A stretch of 64,000 nucleotides of DNA from the human T2T-CHM13v2.0 reference genome, Homo sapiens: NCBI RefSeq assembly GCF_009914755.1, contig NC_060933.1; one strand, written 5' to 3'. Made by a program: the position numbers and the translations under genes. The notes beneath the pieces are model-generated. The model was given only the letters and a program-made list of their open reading frames with translations, had not been told where the DNA came from and made no database searches. Positions 15,751-30,479 of the stretch are shown in pieces (positions within the stretch are counted from its first letter, which is position 1; each line of letters starts with the position of its first letter).

Positions 15751-17749
15751 CTTAAACATGAATAAAGTACAGTGGGTATGGTGACCACTGAGGCAGACAG
15801 AATAAACAAAAGCAGGCAGCACCAAAGGCAAAAGAAGCTGCACTGAGTCTTCCGAAGGACCCACTGCCTGCTTGCCTGCAGGCCTCTGGTGCCTGGGCTG
15901 GTACAGTCACTGCTCGGCTTCACCTACCCAGGGCTAAGACGCCACATGTTGCAGATGGAGCCCTCTTAGCCCACGCACAGATGGGGTTCCTGTGGGCAAT
16001 GCCTTCCTTTTGGGAAGTGGGCTGGGTTCAAGGGATCTGATCAAAGTACTTGTGCAACTATGAGGAAGTATCAGATGTCCTTTTTGGCTTCAAAGATGAA
16101 GGAGGCACACTATTTCCCCCAGCCAGGAGCAACATGAGTGGGAAATGGACTTTTCTTCTGAAAGGCAAACTCTAGCAATGACTCCTCTTCTAACAAAGGA
16201 CATCTAACTCACAGCAACTGGCCTGATTCATCATGGCTCTTTTCTCTTGTCTCTGATGCTCCTCTTTCCCCTTCTTTCTGCCAGTTAGAGATTTTATAGC
16301 TGTCAACATTCCCACAGCAACCAGGGACTCCAATCAGTGTGTGCCTCCTTGGGAGAATGGGGAGGGTTGTAGGATGGGTGTTGATGGAGAAGGAAGAGGA
16401 AGAAATACGACTTGCAGACTGTTGTTTCATGATCCCTGATGACACACCTCTCCCTCTAAATTAAAATGGAGCGTAGAGGGAAAGCTGATCTTCGACTATA
16501 AAAAGGAACTAGTTTCAGAGACTATGTAGAAAGCTTCCACCTCTGTGTGGTCTGAGCTGAGCTCAGGCTCCTGCTCCTGTCCCCTGATCAGACTCACAGC
16601 AGTGACAGAAGCCCTGGTGTGCTCAGAAGCATCTTTAGAAAACCATCACAAGGCTACACTTGCCCTCTGCTGGGTGGTGGGAAGGTTTGCTCCTGCAGGC
16701 CTGACCACTGACTTGTCAGCTTCACCCTAGAGGAGGGTGCCAGGCAAAAGGAACTCAGCCCTGAAACAAATGTCCACTTCCAGTCTCCCCAGGGTGCCTG
16801 CTGTGCCTCAACAAACTCCTCATTGCCACATGGAGGAGAAGGAATGGCTGATAGCAGGTGCCTTCCCACCCCTTTCAAGTCATGGTATGCAGGAGGATCA
16901 TGTTTGCATGCTGGGGTAAACAGACCACACTGTTGTAGCTGCAGGCCCTGCAGCCCCTGGCCCTGCTATAAGAGCTGAGGCAGCGGGGGTCATAGCCCTC
17001 AGTGGGAAGCACCTGCCCAACTGGACTCCCATCTATAAGGCCAGCTGCCTGGGAAACCGCTCAAGTTCAGCCCCAGGCCCACTACTCCAAAGGGAACTGT
17101 GGGGTGGGTGGGAGGAGAGGTGGGTAACTTTTCCTGCAGGAGAGAACAGCTACCAGGGAATGAGGAGGGACTCAGGGAAAAGGCAAGCTCTGTTCTATCC
17201 AAGCCCACAGTATCGCTCAGAGACAGCACCTGCTCAGTTCACAAGTGAGTGGGTCCAGTTTGCGCCCTCTACGAGTGAAGTGGAAAGAGGACCTGTAAAG
17301 AACAGTGACAAATCCAAGAAAAGCATGCATGAAGGGTGATCGTCTGCCTCTTATTCTATAAATAGAATTCTGTAAATTCCACAGCCACTACTGCTGTCAC
17401 TCCTTGACCAGTCTACCAAATCTTTTTCAGTGCGAGGTCAGGACTTACATTTCACATTTTAAAGATGAAGACATAGACACAGATTGCTTTGTCCAAGGGC
17501 TCTGTGGGGTCAGGACTGGAACTATGGATCCCTGCTCAGGTACCCTGCCTGGCAGAGGCGTGAAACTGGTGTTAGACAACTTCACTGCAAACAGAATCTG
17601 TAGCAAGAGTGCTTCTTGGAGTGGCAGAAATGACCTATACCCCTTTTGTATCTGAGTTACAGGATATGCTTTAGATTGAGGGAGAGGTAGGGGCTATTTT
17701 GCCTCTGGTTATCCAGCTTTACTATGCTTGGCCAGCAGGTGTACACCAA

Positions 17750-17926
17750 TGGCTCTTAAACCCCACACAGCAGCAGCAGCAGCCCCTGGCCACTTTTTAG
17801 AAGTGCAGATTCTGGGCTCTACCCAAGCCCCACTGAATCAGAAAACCTAGGGGTGGGACCCAGGAATCTGTGGATGACAAATCTCCCAGATGATTCAGGT
17901 GCACGCTCAATTTTGCGAACAACTGT
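17750..17926. mobile_element. MER5A-like DNA transposon
   Basis: gcagattctgggc…ctgaatcagaa…gattc…gcacgctcaattttgcgaacaactg. Confidence 0.65.
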
Positions 17927-20477
17927 TGTGGACTACTACTGCAGAACAATGAATGACCTCATCTGCATCCAGGTGGCTTAATTTCTCCATGGATGATTAC
18001 ACCCAAAGATGTCAATTTACTAGTCACACCTGCAGCCAGTGTGCTCAGTGAGAGCAGGCGCTGGCAAGGGTGGGGTGAGGGTGACATCTTGTGGGAAATT
18101 TTGTTTGCCCAGTCACTATACAGCTGACCCCTGTTCAGCCATCTGCATGTCTATGTCATGCAGGAACACCCCTAAGATCACTGCTGCATCAAAACCCACC
18201 CTGATGATGAAACTAATTGAACCAAAATGACTGTAACTACCTGTCATTGAACACTCACTGTTATCTGGCATTAACCTGGAAAGGACAGGAGCTGTCTCAT
18301 TTAATGTGGCTGTAATTATTTCTATATTATAGAAGAGGAAACTGAGGCTCAGAGATTTTAAATGACTCACTCACATTCACACACAGCAAGATTCAATCCT
18401 ATGTCTGTCCGCATTCAAAACGCACAGTATTTCTACACCATAATGCCCCATATACACAACCAGAGAGGGTGTGTCTTTTGTGAATAAGGCTTGCTCCACA
18501 AAGACAACAGGGTCAGCCACAGAACAAATCTGTGTCCCCAAATTCCAGCCTTGAATTGGGGCCATCTTTTTAGTTCATTTTCCTACGTGGCAAGAGTTTT
18601 TCGGGGTTCCTGGTCCTCATAATCCCCCACCCCCTGGCTTCCCCACTGACTTCTGCTTCTAGTTTGTGCTCCTAATGTGTGAATTTTGATGGAACTCAAT
18701 TTCCCCGCCGTCAGCATCTGCTCCCCCCGTGCTCTGAATTCCTCTGCTTTCTGCAGGACTTGAGCCTCCCCATGGCTGTCACTCAGCTTGTGGCCTCGAT
18801 GTACCATGCGACTTAGCATTCACATTCATGTGGCATCTCCTGGTGGTTTTGGAACATCTCCAGGGAACTGCTCTGGTTAAGGAAATGATTCCAAAGCACA
18901 GCAATGGAATGAGTGTGATTCTCCCTGGGGAAATGAACATCTGTGAAGGATCCAGGCCTTCCATATGCGGCAGATCCCATCGTCCCCATCGACAAAGGGA
19001 GATGCTCTGGCCTTCTGCTCCTATCAATAGGACCAGCACAGCCTGGTGAAGAGGACTCTTGTGGTGTCAGAAAACCTGAACTCAAGTTTTGTTTCTGCTA
19101 CCCCAAGCAGTGGGATCTGAAGCCCTTTGCTGGCCCTTCTCCCACCTCAATTTCCTCATCTTCACAACAAATGGTGAAGCTCACTAATGTCTCTGGCAGT
19201 CCTAATTTCAATGATTGCACCCCCTTTAATGTGTTTATTCCTAAATGTCTTTGCCTTTAACACCAAATCTCAACCATTATGCTTAAACCTATTCCTAAAA
19301 TTTAAAGTGGGCTTCTTTTGTGGGGCTAGGAGGTACGGTGGAGAGCAGCTCAGACATTCATGCAGATATTTTTATCTGCTTTGAGTGCTTCCTCCTTTCC
19401 ATCCACCTAATCAATAAATATTTACGAATCACTTGTCATGTGCCAAGAAATGTGTTAGGCACTGGAGATTCAGGGAAGCGCACCCTCTCCGGGGCTGGAT
19501 AAGAGACATTATCAGTACTAAGCACAGGGCTCTGAGCCCAGAGGGGGCTGGAGTCCCTTCACCCTTTTCTCTCTAATCACACACCAGGAGACCAGGAATT
19601 TGTGGGAAAGAAGAGAGATGAATGATGAAGACAGGAGCATGTTGTTGGAATCTCAACCCTTCAGGCAAAGCCACCTGCTTTAAATGTTTACGCCTATTAA
19701 CCACTGAGATTATTTAGGTATGCTTGTGTGATACAGAAAATGTTACCCAACATACCGAAAAGCAAGAGAATGACTCTATTTTCTCAATGTTGCCTAAAAA
19801 ATTCATATTGCTCTGGTGGGTTCTTTCCGGTTCTTTCCTTCTCTGTGAATTGATTTGGGATGCCTGATCTGTCCCTCAGTGAAAAATTTTCTAGATTGGG
19901 GAAAATGTGTTGCAAGATGAAGCTTAGAGAAATAGCAATTTGAAATAACGAGACCATGCATTTGCTCTGCTGTTCCTAATCAATGTTTCATGTTGGGTCC
20001 CATTAACTTGGATTTCTGAGCTGCCATTTTATTGGAGGTGCCAATTAAATAAAGGGTCATTTGGTCCCCATGACAACAGTGGAACGGTACAGCAAATTAA
20101 GAAATCTGGTGGGAGGGGAAGCCCAGAGAAGAGGGGCGAAGAGAGAAAAGAGAAGCCAGAATGGTCTCTATAGCAACGGGAGAGCAGAACCATGATGCTC
20201 CTGGGGAAGCAAGGGAAGCTGTGCGCTATTCTAAAACAGAGCAAAAACCCAGAGGGCAGGACCACAGAGGCAAAGGCACAGAAAGAGGCAGCCTGTAAAA
20301 TGTTCCACCCACCAATAATTATGCCTTGGGAATTAATTATGACCCAAAAAATAAGGTAGGAAGAGTAAGGCAAGTCAATACCTATAATTCTACTCTAGAA
20401 ATTGATTTCCTGTAACCTGGGGGGACAATAGTCAACCAGTATTGAAGTGGCCAGATGCAGAATGCACACTTTGGATC

Positions 20478-20626
20478 CCTGTTCCTGAAAGTGTAGCCTG
20501 CAGACTGGTGATGCCATCCCCGCCGCAAAGCCTGCCAAAAATGCAGAATTCCACCCTATACCTGCTGAATCAGACCTGCATTCTAACAAGATCCCCAGGT
20601 GATTCCAATCAGTTTGAGAAGCACTG
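20478..20626. mobile_element. MER5-family DNA transposon
   Basis: aaaatgcagaattcc…ctgaatcagacctgcattctaacaagatccccaggtgattc…tttgagaagcactg. Confidence 0.65.
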
Positions 20627-21549
20627 ATTCATCAGGATGAGAGTTGCTTGTCAAAGTCACTGCAAAGAGCATGGACATACACTGAAACAAATTTGAACAC
20701 AGCCTTGAAGTGGTCCAGATGCTGCTCTGCAGTGGCCCGAGGGGTGGGGGTAGGGCAGTGTGCACATCTGTCCAGGTGCAGGCAAAAAGGGGTGTGTTTT
20801 CTAGAGAATTTTAAAAAGGTGATACGACCCACTGATGTCAGTCTGTATTTGGTACTGGTGATTCTGGCTGTTATCAGTGGTTACACCTCCCACCAGCCAG
20901 GGTGGTCCACGGACGGACCATCACATTTCCCCATTCAACAAGCGGTGCACTGTGGCAGGGAGGAAGTTCAGCTGTGCTCTAATCGGGGTCTGCCCTGCTA
21001 AGTACTTCTTCACTATGGGTGGCCACGAAAGCACTGCTTTTCTTTTCTTACTCTTCATCTTCATCAGTTACATCTCTTTTATCACCACTCGGCCTTTTAA
21101 TTTTCTGGTTCTATAGAGATTACATTTATAGACATCAAAGTTCAGCTCCTCAAACAATCCATTTCCCCTTAGGAAACTGTGCAGACAGAGCTCCGTCTGT
21201 ACTCCAGCAAGCTTTGCTTCCACCTTGATGCTGTGGCAGCTGCAGAGGGAGTCAGGCTGCCCTCATAGCCTCACTGCTTCCCTCCTCTGGTCCCCACGCA
21301 GATAAGGAAGGAGCGATTCGCAGGAGGGTGGGGACTCACTGGCCAGCTGGGGGCCCTGGGCAAGTCTCCTGTGCCTTTAGAGTCTCTGATGGCCCATCTG
21401 TGCACCTAGCATCTGCTGTCCCCCTTGTGGGCTGTCCTGAGGAGGAAAGGAGGTGACTCCAGGCCATGAGCTGGAGTCTTAAGGGCCTCAGGAAGCGCGG
21501 CTTGTTCCTGCCCAGGCCCCATCCCCACCTTTACTTAAGTCCTCCCCTT

Positions 21550-21890
21550 GTCTGAGTCTGTTCTTAGTCTGCCATGACAAAGTACCACAGACTAGGTGGC
21601 TTATAAACAACAGGCATTTATCCCTCACAGTTCTGGAGGCTGGAAGTCTGAGCTCAGCGTACCAGCACTGTCAGGTTCTGGCAAGAGCCCCTTCTGAGTT
21701 GCAGATGGCCAACTTCTAGCATCTTCACATACCAAAAGAGAGCTTGCTGGGGTCCCTTTTTTAAGGGCACTAATCCCAACCATGAGGGCTCCACCCTCCT
21801 GCTAATCACTTCCTAAAGGCTCCACCTCCAAATAACATCACATTGGGATTAGGGTTTCAATATGTATTTGGAGGGAACACAAATATTACT
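21550..21890. mobile_element. MaLR solo LTR (MLT1A-like)
   Basis: taccacagactaggtggcttataaacaac…cacagttctggaggctggaagtc…catcacattgggattagggtttcaa. Confidence 0.75.
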
Positions 21891-22030
21891 CAATACTTTA
21901 CTTAACCCCCTATCCCCGCTCCTCCTCCCCAACCCTTCTAGACTCAGACCAACTCCCCACAAACCATCCCTAACCAGCTTCCCTCTCTCATCGATTTCTC
22001 TCTCTTGCATCTGAACTCCTATGCCGCTCA

Positions 22031-22231
22031 GGCAGTTTCTCAACCTCAGCACTACCTACATTTGGGGCTGGATAACTCTGTGCTGTGGGGCTGTCCTGTG
22101 CATTGTAGGATGTTTGACAGTATCCCTGGCCTCTACCCACTGGATGCTGGCAGCACCTTCTCCTCCGTGACAACCCAAACAGTCTCCATACATTTTGGGG
22201 GATGAAGATCACCCCTGGCTGAGAAGTACTG
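22031..22231. mobile_element. MER20-like DNA transposon
   Basis: tctcaacctcagcact…ctgtcctgtgcattgtaggatgttt…cctggcctctacccact. Confidence 0.75.
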
Positions 22232-24218
22232 CCCCATGGTCTGGCCTTGGGCCTAGCATTTCACCTGACACCCTCCCTGGGATGACTCTGTATTGGAGGC
22301 TGTATGACCACAGACGATTACATCATCTTGCTGTGCCTCAGCTTCCTAGCTTGTACAATGGGTACAAAATAGTACCTGCCCACAGAATGCTGCCCCGAAG
22401 GCTCAGCAAGTCAGTCCACACATATTCTCAGAGCATCCAGAGCACAGACACACAGCACTGAGCACTGTGAGCCATAAGTCCTTTCACTTCTCCTCAAACC
22501 GACCAAGCTCCCTGGGGGGCAGGGACTGTGTCCACGGGGCCCCTGGGTCCCACAGCCCCTCAGCAGTTCTCATGCATGCACCCAAGGTGTTTAATAAGCA
22601 ACTTGCTCACTGGCAGGAGCGACTTGTGGTCCTGCCTCCCTAGCCCCACCCCCCCGCTTGCCTCTCCATGCAATCACAGCAACACCAGACCAGCCGTTCC
22701 GGGCCAGGCTCAGACCCCATCTCTCCCTGACTCAACACCGGCCCCTGTCCATCAATTCAAGCAGAAACTTCCAAACGCCACTTCCCTTTCTGCTACCTAC
22801 CTAGGTTTTATTCCTTCAAGGTCAACTTTAAAATCACATAAAATTGTCCATCTAATCACTTGTAGCCTCTCACCTTTATGTTGGCCGCAGAGCCCTTGCA
22901 CGTCTCTAATTATCCTGCACATGCACACTGGCAAGCCAGCTTCCTCAGAGCGCAGCTCAGTGCCTCACAGAGGCCCAATTAAACCTTTCTGAATGAATAT
23001 CCATGTTCAAAGTTGATTCTCTAATCTTACCTTTAACGTGTATTAAGCAAGAGGTAGAATTTATTTAAGTATAAGATATAAGAAAAAGAAATTAAAGGAG
23101 GCCAAAGAGGACTATTTCTTTCCAGATGTGATTATCTTATGTGAAATTAGAATTTACTCCATTTCATTAAAAACAAAAAGTCACCATCCATGTGTCCTAT
23201 ACACTCACCTTCACCTCCCACCCCCACCCCCTTAGCTGAGGAGGCTGGCTTTGTGATTTTTCTTTTGCTCACAATGACTATTTGCACGAATTAATCCCCT
23301 TCCTTCTCCCTCTCTCTCACACATGCACATACGCACACAGCTATGTTCCAGCTAAGTCTTTCAGGAAACCCCTACAGGACCCCAAAAAACGCTGTGGAAT
23401 CTCAGTCTAGCTACAGTACCGCAGCACTTGGTGCAGAGCTACTGGGGTCTACAGATGCCATCATGGAGGAGGAACATCCTGGTCACACTGGCCATGCATT
23501 CAGCAAGTCCCAATGTGCTCAAAAAACTCCACATGAATGCTTCATGTCTAAAGAAAATCTCATTTCTTCTCAAGTATTCACATTTAATTTTCCTTTAAGT
23601 AGCTCTTCTTAGCTTTATAAGCATCAGTTCAGGTTGAGCAGGAAGTATGCTCAGGTATGAAAAAGCTTCCATGGACTGGAAGAGAGTTTCCTCCTCCTTC
23701 TGGCAATGAGCACATGTGAGTTGCTTTACCCGGGGTCTGAGGGAGGACAAACTCACCTGCATCATAGTCAGGGCCACTGGGAAGGAAAAAGCACTCTCAG
23801 ATTTGAAGCATTTCTGACATTTTTGACAGGGATGGTAAATCATGCCAAGTGTATCTGGCTGACTATAAGTGACTGTCTGGATTCCCAAGCTGAGGCCATT
23901 TCTGTTGAGGCTGAGTCTGGGCTTAGTGGGAGAATGCTGTGATTGACTAGTGATGCTGTGATGGACATGCTGCTATCAGAAAGTAGTGTCATGTGAACCA
24001 AATACACTTCCCCTAATCTAAATTGATTTCAGGGAAGAATCTGTAAACAGTAACTTGATGGTAAGCTTCCTGAGTGCAAGTCCACGCCTTTTGTGTTTGT
24101 GTCTTCCTTGGTGCCTGACACTTTGAATATGTTCATATACATTAATGACTGGATGGGGGTCACACTTCACATCACTTGAGGTTTACCACATCAACTGATT
24201 TTTCCCATATTCAGGTAC

Positions 24219-24431
24219 CTTAATAATGCTCTGGCAGGTGGACAGAGGCAGGCCCACCAGGCTGGTGCCATTAATGGACATGATCTGGTCACCGATATTC
24301 AGCTTCCCAGATTTCTCCGCAGGGCCACCATGCATCATGTTGGCAATGATCACGGTGGGGAGGATGGATCCCCAGCCAGACTCCACAATCACCACACCTA
24401 GGATTTCTCCTTTCTGCTTCTCTATGAAAAC
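24219..24431 (-). CDS. APBA1: APBA1 coding exon (inferred exon 10), 213 nt, PDZ1 [21 protein letters not shown]...CQSIIK
   Basis: Acceptor ttccag| and donor |gtacct; lies in ORF 24183..24449. Confidence 0.97.
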
Positions 24432-24691
24432 CTGGAAGGAGAAAAACATTTAGAAAACCTCCATCAGCGACCATCTGGGGTAGGTAGAAATGAAAGCCTC
24501 TCCCCCATTCCTGTCTTGCCTAAAGAAAGACACTTCCCTGGGGACACCAACCCAGATGAGTTCCTGTCTTCTCAGCATTCCGCATATTTGGAGTTTTTAA
24601 GAAATGAATTCACACAGGTCTACACTCTTTTGTAATTCACTCGTTTCACATAAGCAAACTTGCCTCAGCACACAACCATGAGGACCACCAG

Positions 24692-24722
<31 letters not shown>

Positions 24723-25256
24723 CTTCAGTCCTGTCCTCAGTGGCAGGGGATGAGGCTCTGTGGGTGGGTGGTGTGTTATGGTTTCTAGAAATAGCTTTTC
24801 AAATTCCATGCGCAGGTTCCCCCTCCCACAGTGCTTCCCCAATTCGCTCCGACATTTAATTTTCTTGAGTTAAAAATAAATAAACACACAGAAACACTTC
24901 TCTGCAAGGAAAAAGTTGAGAAAAAAGAAAAAGTGATGCTGAAGTTATCACAACCAAAAGGCTGGGTGTGCACACAGGAAGTGCATATCCTGGATACACA
25001 GACTTTTCACAACCTTCACTGGCAGGGCAGAGAAGACAGGGGTTGATGTTGGATACTTGCACTCTGGGGAGGCCTGCAGATATGCCACTAAAAGGTACCA
25101 CACCTCTTGGAAGCACCCAACAGAGTGTGTATGTGTATTTTTGGGGGGCTTGACAAAGTCCCCTTCACAGGTTGGTGTCTGCTTCCCCCAGCTGCTGAAG
25201 CTTACAGTCAGCCCCTTCCCTGGAGAACTGTCCTTAGCTGAAAGGGAGACACATTC

Positions 25257-25718
25257 TGTTAAGGTTGAATTGTGTCCCCCCAAAATTTGTATGTTGAATT
25301 ACCAACCCCCAGTGCCTTTGACTTAGATTGTGACTTTATTTGGAGATAAGGTCTTAGCAGAGGTAACCAATTTTAAATGAGGTGATTAATATGGACTCTA
25401 ATCCAATATTACTCATGTCCTTATTTAAGAAGAGGAATGGTTGTCTGTCATGGGTATCAAAAAAAAAAAGAGGAAATTTGGACATAGGGACATGCATGGA
25501 GAAAGGCTGATGTGAAGACACAGCATGAAGACAGCCATCTACAAGCCAGAGAAAGGCTTGGAACAGATTCTTCTCTCACGGCTCTCAGAAGGAACCAATG
25601 CTAACAACACCTTGCTTTTGGACTTCTGGCCACAAGGTCTGTGAGACAATAGGTTTGTGTTGTTGAAGTCACCCAGTCCATGGTACTTTGTGACAACAGC
25701 CCTAGTAAATTCATATAC
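25257..25718. mobile_element. MaLR solo LTR (MLT1B/C-like)
   Basis: ttgaattgtgtccccccaaaa…gacagccatctacaagcca…gtactttgtgacaacagcccta. Confidence 0.75.
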
Positions 25719-26756
25719 CCCCTGTCCAGCCTTGGCCAATAACCGGCATGGGGTACAAAGGCTTGCCAGCTCCCTCGCTCCAAGGTGAGACAAATCTGTC
25801 CTGCAATATGTGCCATGGAGCTTCCCTCTGGACAGAAGGAAGCTCATGTCCAAGGGACCACACCCTTACTTGGTGTCCCACCACCAAGCTTCCCACATCC
25901 CTTCTGTTCTGAGGCACTCTCCCAACAAACCTCTGTGACAAGAATCCCTGCCTCAGGCTCTGCTTCTGGGGAATCTGACCTAAGACACCTGACAGACCCC
26001 AGTGGATCAAATGATCACTTTCTCATTAAAAGTTCTTTTTACCTATGGGATCAAGTCCAAACCCCTCAGCTGGACTTGCAGGCCCTCCAGTTCTGACCCA
26101 GATCTCAGGCCCATCTATCTCCTTTCCTGTGCCTACCTCCTGCTCTAGCCAAACCGTATTTCCTCATTCCCTAGACAAATGTGGAGCTTTCTGATCTCCA
26201 GGCTTCCAACCATTCCATAGACCCCACCCTCGGCTTGCCCCTACAATCCCCAGATCGCCAGACCAGCTTGGATAGCCTCATCTTCCTACAGGCATTCCTG
26301 AATAGCTCAGTTTGAAGCCACAGGCCATCCCCAGAGAAGCACAGCACCTCTTGTCTGAAACTTGAGATCTTCTCTGTTTGTCCAAGTGTAGTTGGTTTTG
26401 ATTAGTGCCTGTACCTGGCACCATCATTTAACTTTTTCAGTGCCCTTACCTAGATTGCAGTGTTTGTACAAGCAGAGTTCAGGTCCTATCTGCCTCTGGG
26501 ACCCACCCAAAACTTAGCTCAGGATGACCAGGAGCAGAGGATGTGCTGCCTCTCTGTTTACACCTGTCCACAATAGCATTTCATGACAGGGCCCCACAGC
26601 AGGGAGCGAGAGATGGGGGTGAACGACTTCATGATGTCCTGCCAATACGGCACTCCTCACCATTGATCTCCCTTCACTTCCGCGGCAGGGTGCCCCACTT
26701 TCCAAGCCCCTGCCCAGCTGACCCAGCCTGGAGAACAGCTTCAGGTAAGTACCCAC

Positions 26757-26936
26757 ATCTTTACAGTTTTCCGACTTGGAGAAGTGGATCAGGTCATCGT
26801 TGTACATGTCCTGGGTATTGAGCAGGTCACTATACTCCTTCTGGCTGAGATCTTCGGGGTTAATCCCATTGGCCCTGAGGAATTCCTGGTATGCCACGCT
26901 AAATGCCTGTCCGATGGACTGTGCAATCAGCTGAGC
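26757..26936 (-). CDS. APBA1: APBA1 coding exon (inferred exon 9), 180 nt, [12 protein letters not shown]...SENCKD
   Basis: Acceptor ttccag| and donor |gtgggt; PTB C-terminal helix and linker. Confidence 0.97.
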
Positions 26937-29900
26937 CTGGAACAGCAGCCAGAGAGGAAAGATGGTCAGCAGGGCAGTGCACCTGGTGAGCGGCCTGGCG
27001 CACTTCCCACCTGAACAATGGCCCTCCTGGAGTCTGAGGAAACCCTAGACATCACGCCTGCTGGGCCAGTGGTTCTACGTGGGGCTACCAGTGCCCACCA
27101 GGGGCAATTTTCAGAAAGACTGGGGATGTTTTTGATTATGACAATGATCATAAGGGAGCTACCGGCATTCAGCAGACAGGAGTCAGAGATGCTGAATATC
27201 CTGCCATGCAAAAAACAGCTCGATACAGTGATGAGTCATTCTATACCCTGCACCATCTTCACAGATCCCTCTGGACATTCATGTGCATGCAATACTTGTT
27301 TACAGTTACCTGAGTCCAGGATTCAACTCCAATTTATACATAAACACAAAGACTTTGTATGGCTCTAATACACATCGAACATTTCAAGAATAATACCGTC
27401 TGAATTGAGAGATGATGTTATTTTGCTTCATTCAGTACTTCACCAGGAGGAAACTTCATGACTTTGGAAAATCAACATCAGCGCTGCTGTGATATCTGTG
27501 TTGCCGATAAATCACATCCCTATCAACCTGCACGTGTGCTGTCATGCATGGTGATTATGCATGTGCTTGTAGATACATACATATTATTTGGCCCTCAATT
27601 TGAAATGTCAACTGGAAAGTTTATGATATCCCACTGCACACTGCGTTCTCCTACATCCAAGCTTAATCAAGTAGGCATAAGCATCTCACTATCTCATTAT
27701 GCCTTTCAGAATGGTTGCGCCAGAGCATTTATTAATACATATTGTAATATGGTTTTATTTTAGTTTGCTTTCCACTTATCTTTCCTTTATATTATATTTA
27801 TGGCCACAATTTGATTATTCTGTGAAAGATTTTTCAATAGGGGAGGTTATATTAGCTATGAATTTCATTTCAGGATAGTAATGGGTCATTAATAAGATAT
27901 TTATTGTAGAAAGGGAGGGTTGGGTCTAACAGAGTTGAGAACTCTGACTGGTCCAACCCTGCATTTTCCAGTTGAGGAGATGGAGGCCCAGAGACACAAA
28001 GGAACCTCTCAAATTCACACAGCTTGCAGGAGGTGGCACTGGCTTCTACACTGGGTTTTGATAGCTTTTCCCTGCATTAATTAAGCAACATTATTAATCC
28101 AGACAGCCAAGAGCAACTGAGCACTTCTCATGTGGCTATGCTGCAGTAAATGCTATACAAGGTATATGCTATGAAAAGTAAATGCTATACAAGGACCATC
28201 ACTGAATCTGCATATCGATTCTATGACAGCTATTAGTATGACTGGTCCACAATCCTTCACTTGGAATGCAAGAGGCTCTGCTTCAGAATTCAAAACTTTT
28301 CCAATTTTAGAAAGGTAGCAGGGTGCAAATACTGTACATTGTGCCATAACCCCCTGACGGTCTGGGGAAGTACACAGAGCACAGTAACATTTCTGTGGCA
28401 AAATCTGTAAGATTCATGGTAAGCTAGACAAATTCTATAAACGGCCTGCCAGCAGGCAAGGCAAGTTTATCAGCCACCTGACTTCAAAAATCCCTTTTGT
28501 TTCTCAGAGCTTTCTAGACTTTGGAACTATGGATCTGTATTAGTGTCCCCACTGGGTAGAACAGGATATGGAGGTTGAGGGGTTAAACTGCACACTTCCT
28601 GAGAAGGGGCTGGGGGCTGAATCCAGAGCCCATCCTCCTGCCCACCACACTGGAAGGCTTCTCTGTGAAATTCTGATGGGCAGAAAAAGCCAAACCAGAA
28701 AATCTCTAGAGCGGTGTTTTAAAAACACAATTCTAACCTCCACTGCTCTTTCCCCACCTTTCCTAAAAGCACCTTATTAACAGCAAAATGGGAACTTTCC
28801 GTGTGGCTGGCTATGGGAAAAGAAATACTTAACTTTTCTCACTGTTAGAATCTGATGACTTTACAAATCACATCAAGAACTACCACCATCTACCTATTGT
28901 AAAACTGGAAGGAGTAAGGCATTGCTTTTGGCATCAGAGAGGTACATGCAGACAAACTGAAAAATATATACCTGGGAATGTGACCAGTCGACTTCCTGAT
29001 CATCATTAGTGGATGCCCCTGGTGAATACACTGGCTACTGAGATTTATGGACCACTAGCCATGTGCCACACATCAGGCTTTAACTGCAATATCTATGAGA
29101 GTGCCACAGCAGCCTGGTGAGGGAGGTACTATCGTCCTGCAGAAGAGGAACTTGAGGCTTAGTGGCTGCACAGCTTGGATGAGGAAGGACTCAAGCTCAG
29201 CTTGCCCAATTCTGGAGCCAGCACACTCTGGCCCTGCTCTAGTGAAAGCAAAGGGGTAAGATTCTCAGGTCCACTCTTGCCTACCTCTTGCTTCTCCAAT
29301 CTTTCCTTTCTTCCCTGATGGATCCAAGGGTACCCCAAGGAGAAGAAACCCCTCCCTATGAGCTCCAGCCAGATGGAGGTAGCAGCGGGGCCTACAGGGA
29401 TCCTCGATCCCTGTAACTTCATCTTTTCGCTGGCCTGCAGGACACAGGAGGCTTAAAAGTCCAAATTTTCACTCTTTTGGAACTTTCTGAGAACCTCCTA
29501 AAACTCATTTTCCCCGTTTGCATGTTGGCCTCAGCTTTACAGGAACAGTAGGGAGAATGGCAGGCAGAGGTATTTCAAGCTCTCTGTTCTCCCAGTGACC
29601 TTGTCCTGTGCTGCTTTCTAGAGAACAAGACCAATAAAAGATGGTGACAGTAAGTGTTGGCATCTCCTCCTCTCTGTGCCCACAGCCACGACAGCTCTGG
29701 TTCCCCGGAGAAAAAAGCAGGATGGCTGCTGACACCTAACTTCCGAGAGGAAGGCAATTTCTGCAGCTAGACGAATGCTGTACTGGAGAAGAAGGGCCTC
29801 TTTGAAGGAACCAAGGCTATCAGACGCCATCTTCTCTTCCCAGATCAGGACTCCGTGCTCCATGTGAGAAACAGAGCCTATTCCTCTGTGTCAGGAGGAA

Positions 29901-30479
29901 AAATGAGCACAGTCAAAAGCAATGGCCCTCAGGGGGTGGGTGAGTTTTCTGCTATTAAAAATTACTATAGGGCTGTGGCCTCCCCTGGGAGGCGGCTTCT
30001 GAGGACTGCTGAGGCCCAGGATGGTGCGGGGAGGTAGGGGAGCACCTGGGAGCAGCTTAGTTCAGGCTGCAGTTTGCAGCCTGGTGGCCTCACTAGCAGC
30101 TTGGGTTACAACCCTGAAAGTAGGCCAAATGACAGAATGGCTTCTGTTGTAAACAAATTTTCTCTGTTGACTGCATCACCCAGAGAAATGGAGCTTAGGA
30201 ACCACTGGCTTTGTGCCAGGAAAAGGAGCTGGTTTTCCTAAGGACTGGGGTGGGCAGTGCTCCTGCTGTTTGCTGGGGAGGGACAGGGATGCTAACTTTC
30301 CTGTAGCCCAGAGGATGGTCCTGGACCACAAAGAACTGTCCTCCCAAAATGCCCTCATGCTTGGACAGACCTGCTCAAACCCCTACAGGAGGTGCCAAAT
30401 TCTTCCTACTCTTCACCTCATCCCAAAGTCGCTAATAGCTTGGCCTCCTTTCCCTTCCTCAAAGGGAAACGCAGCTAGC

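Noticed and set aside
28146-28194. 17-bp direct repeat gtaaatgctatacaagg with a 15-nt spacer
   Set aside because: Looks like ordinary local slippage; no polyA or element between the copies.
28240-28540. Possible Tigger-like element with degenerate terminal inverted repeats
   Set aside because: Too diverged to assign by eye.
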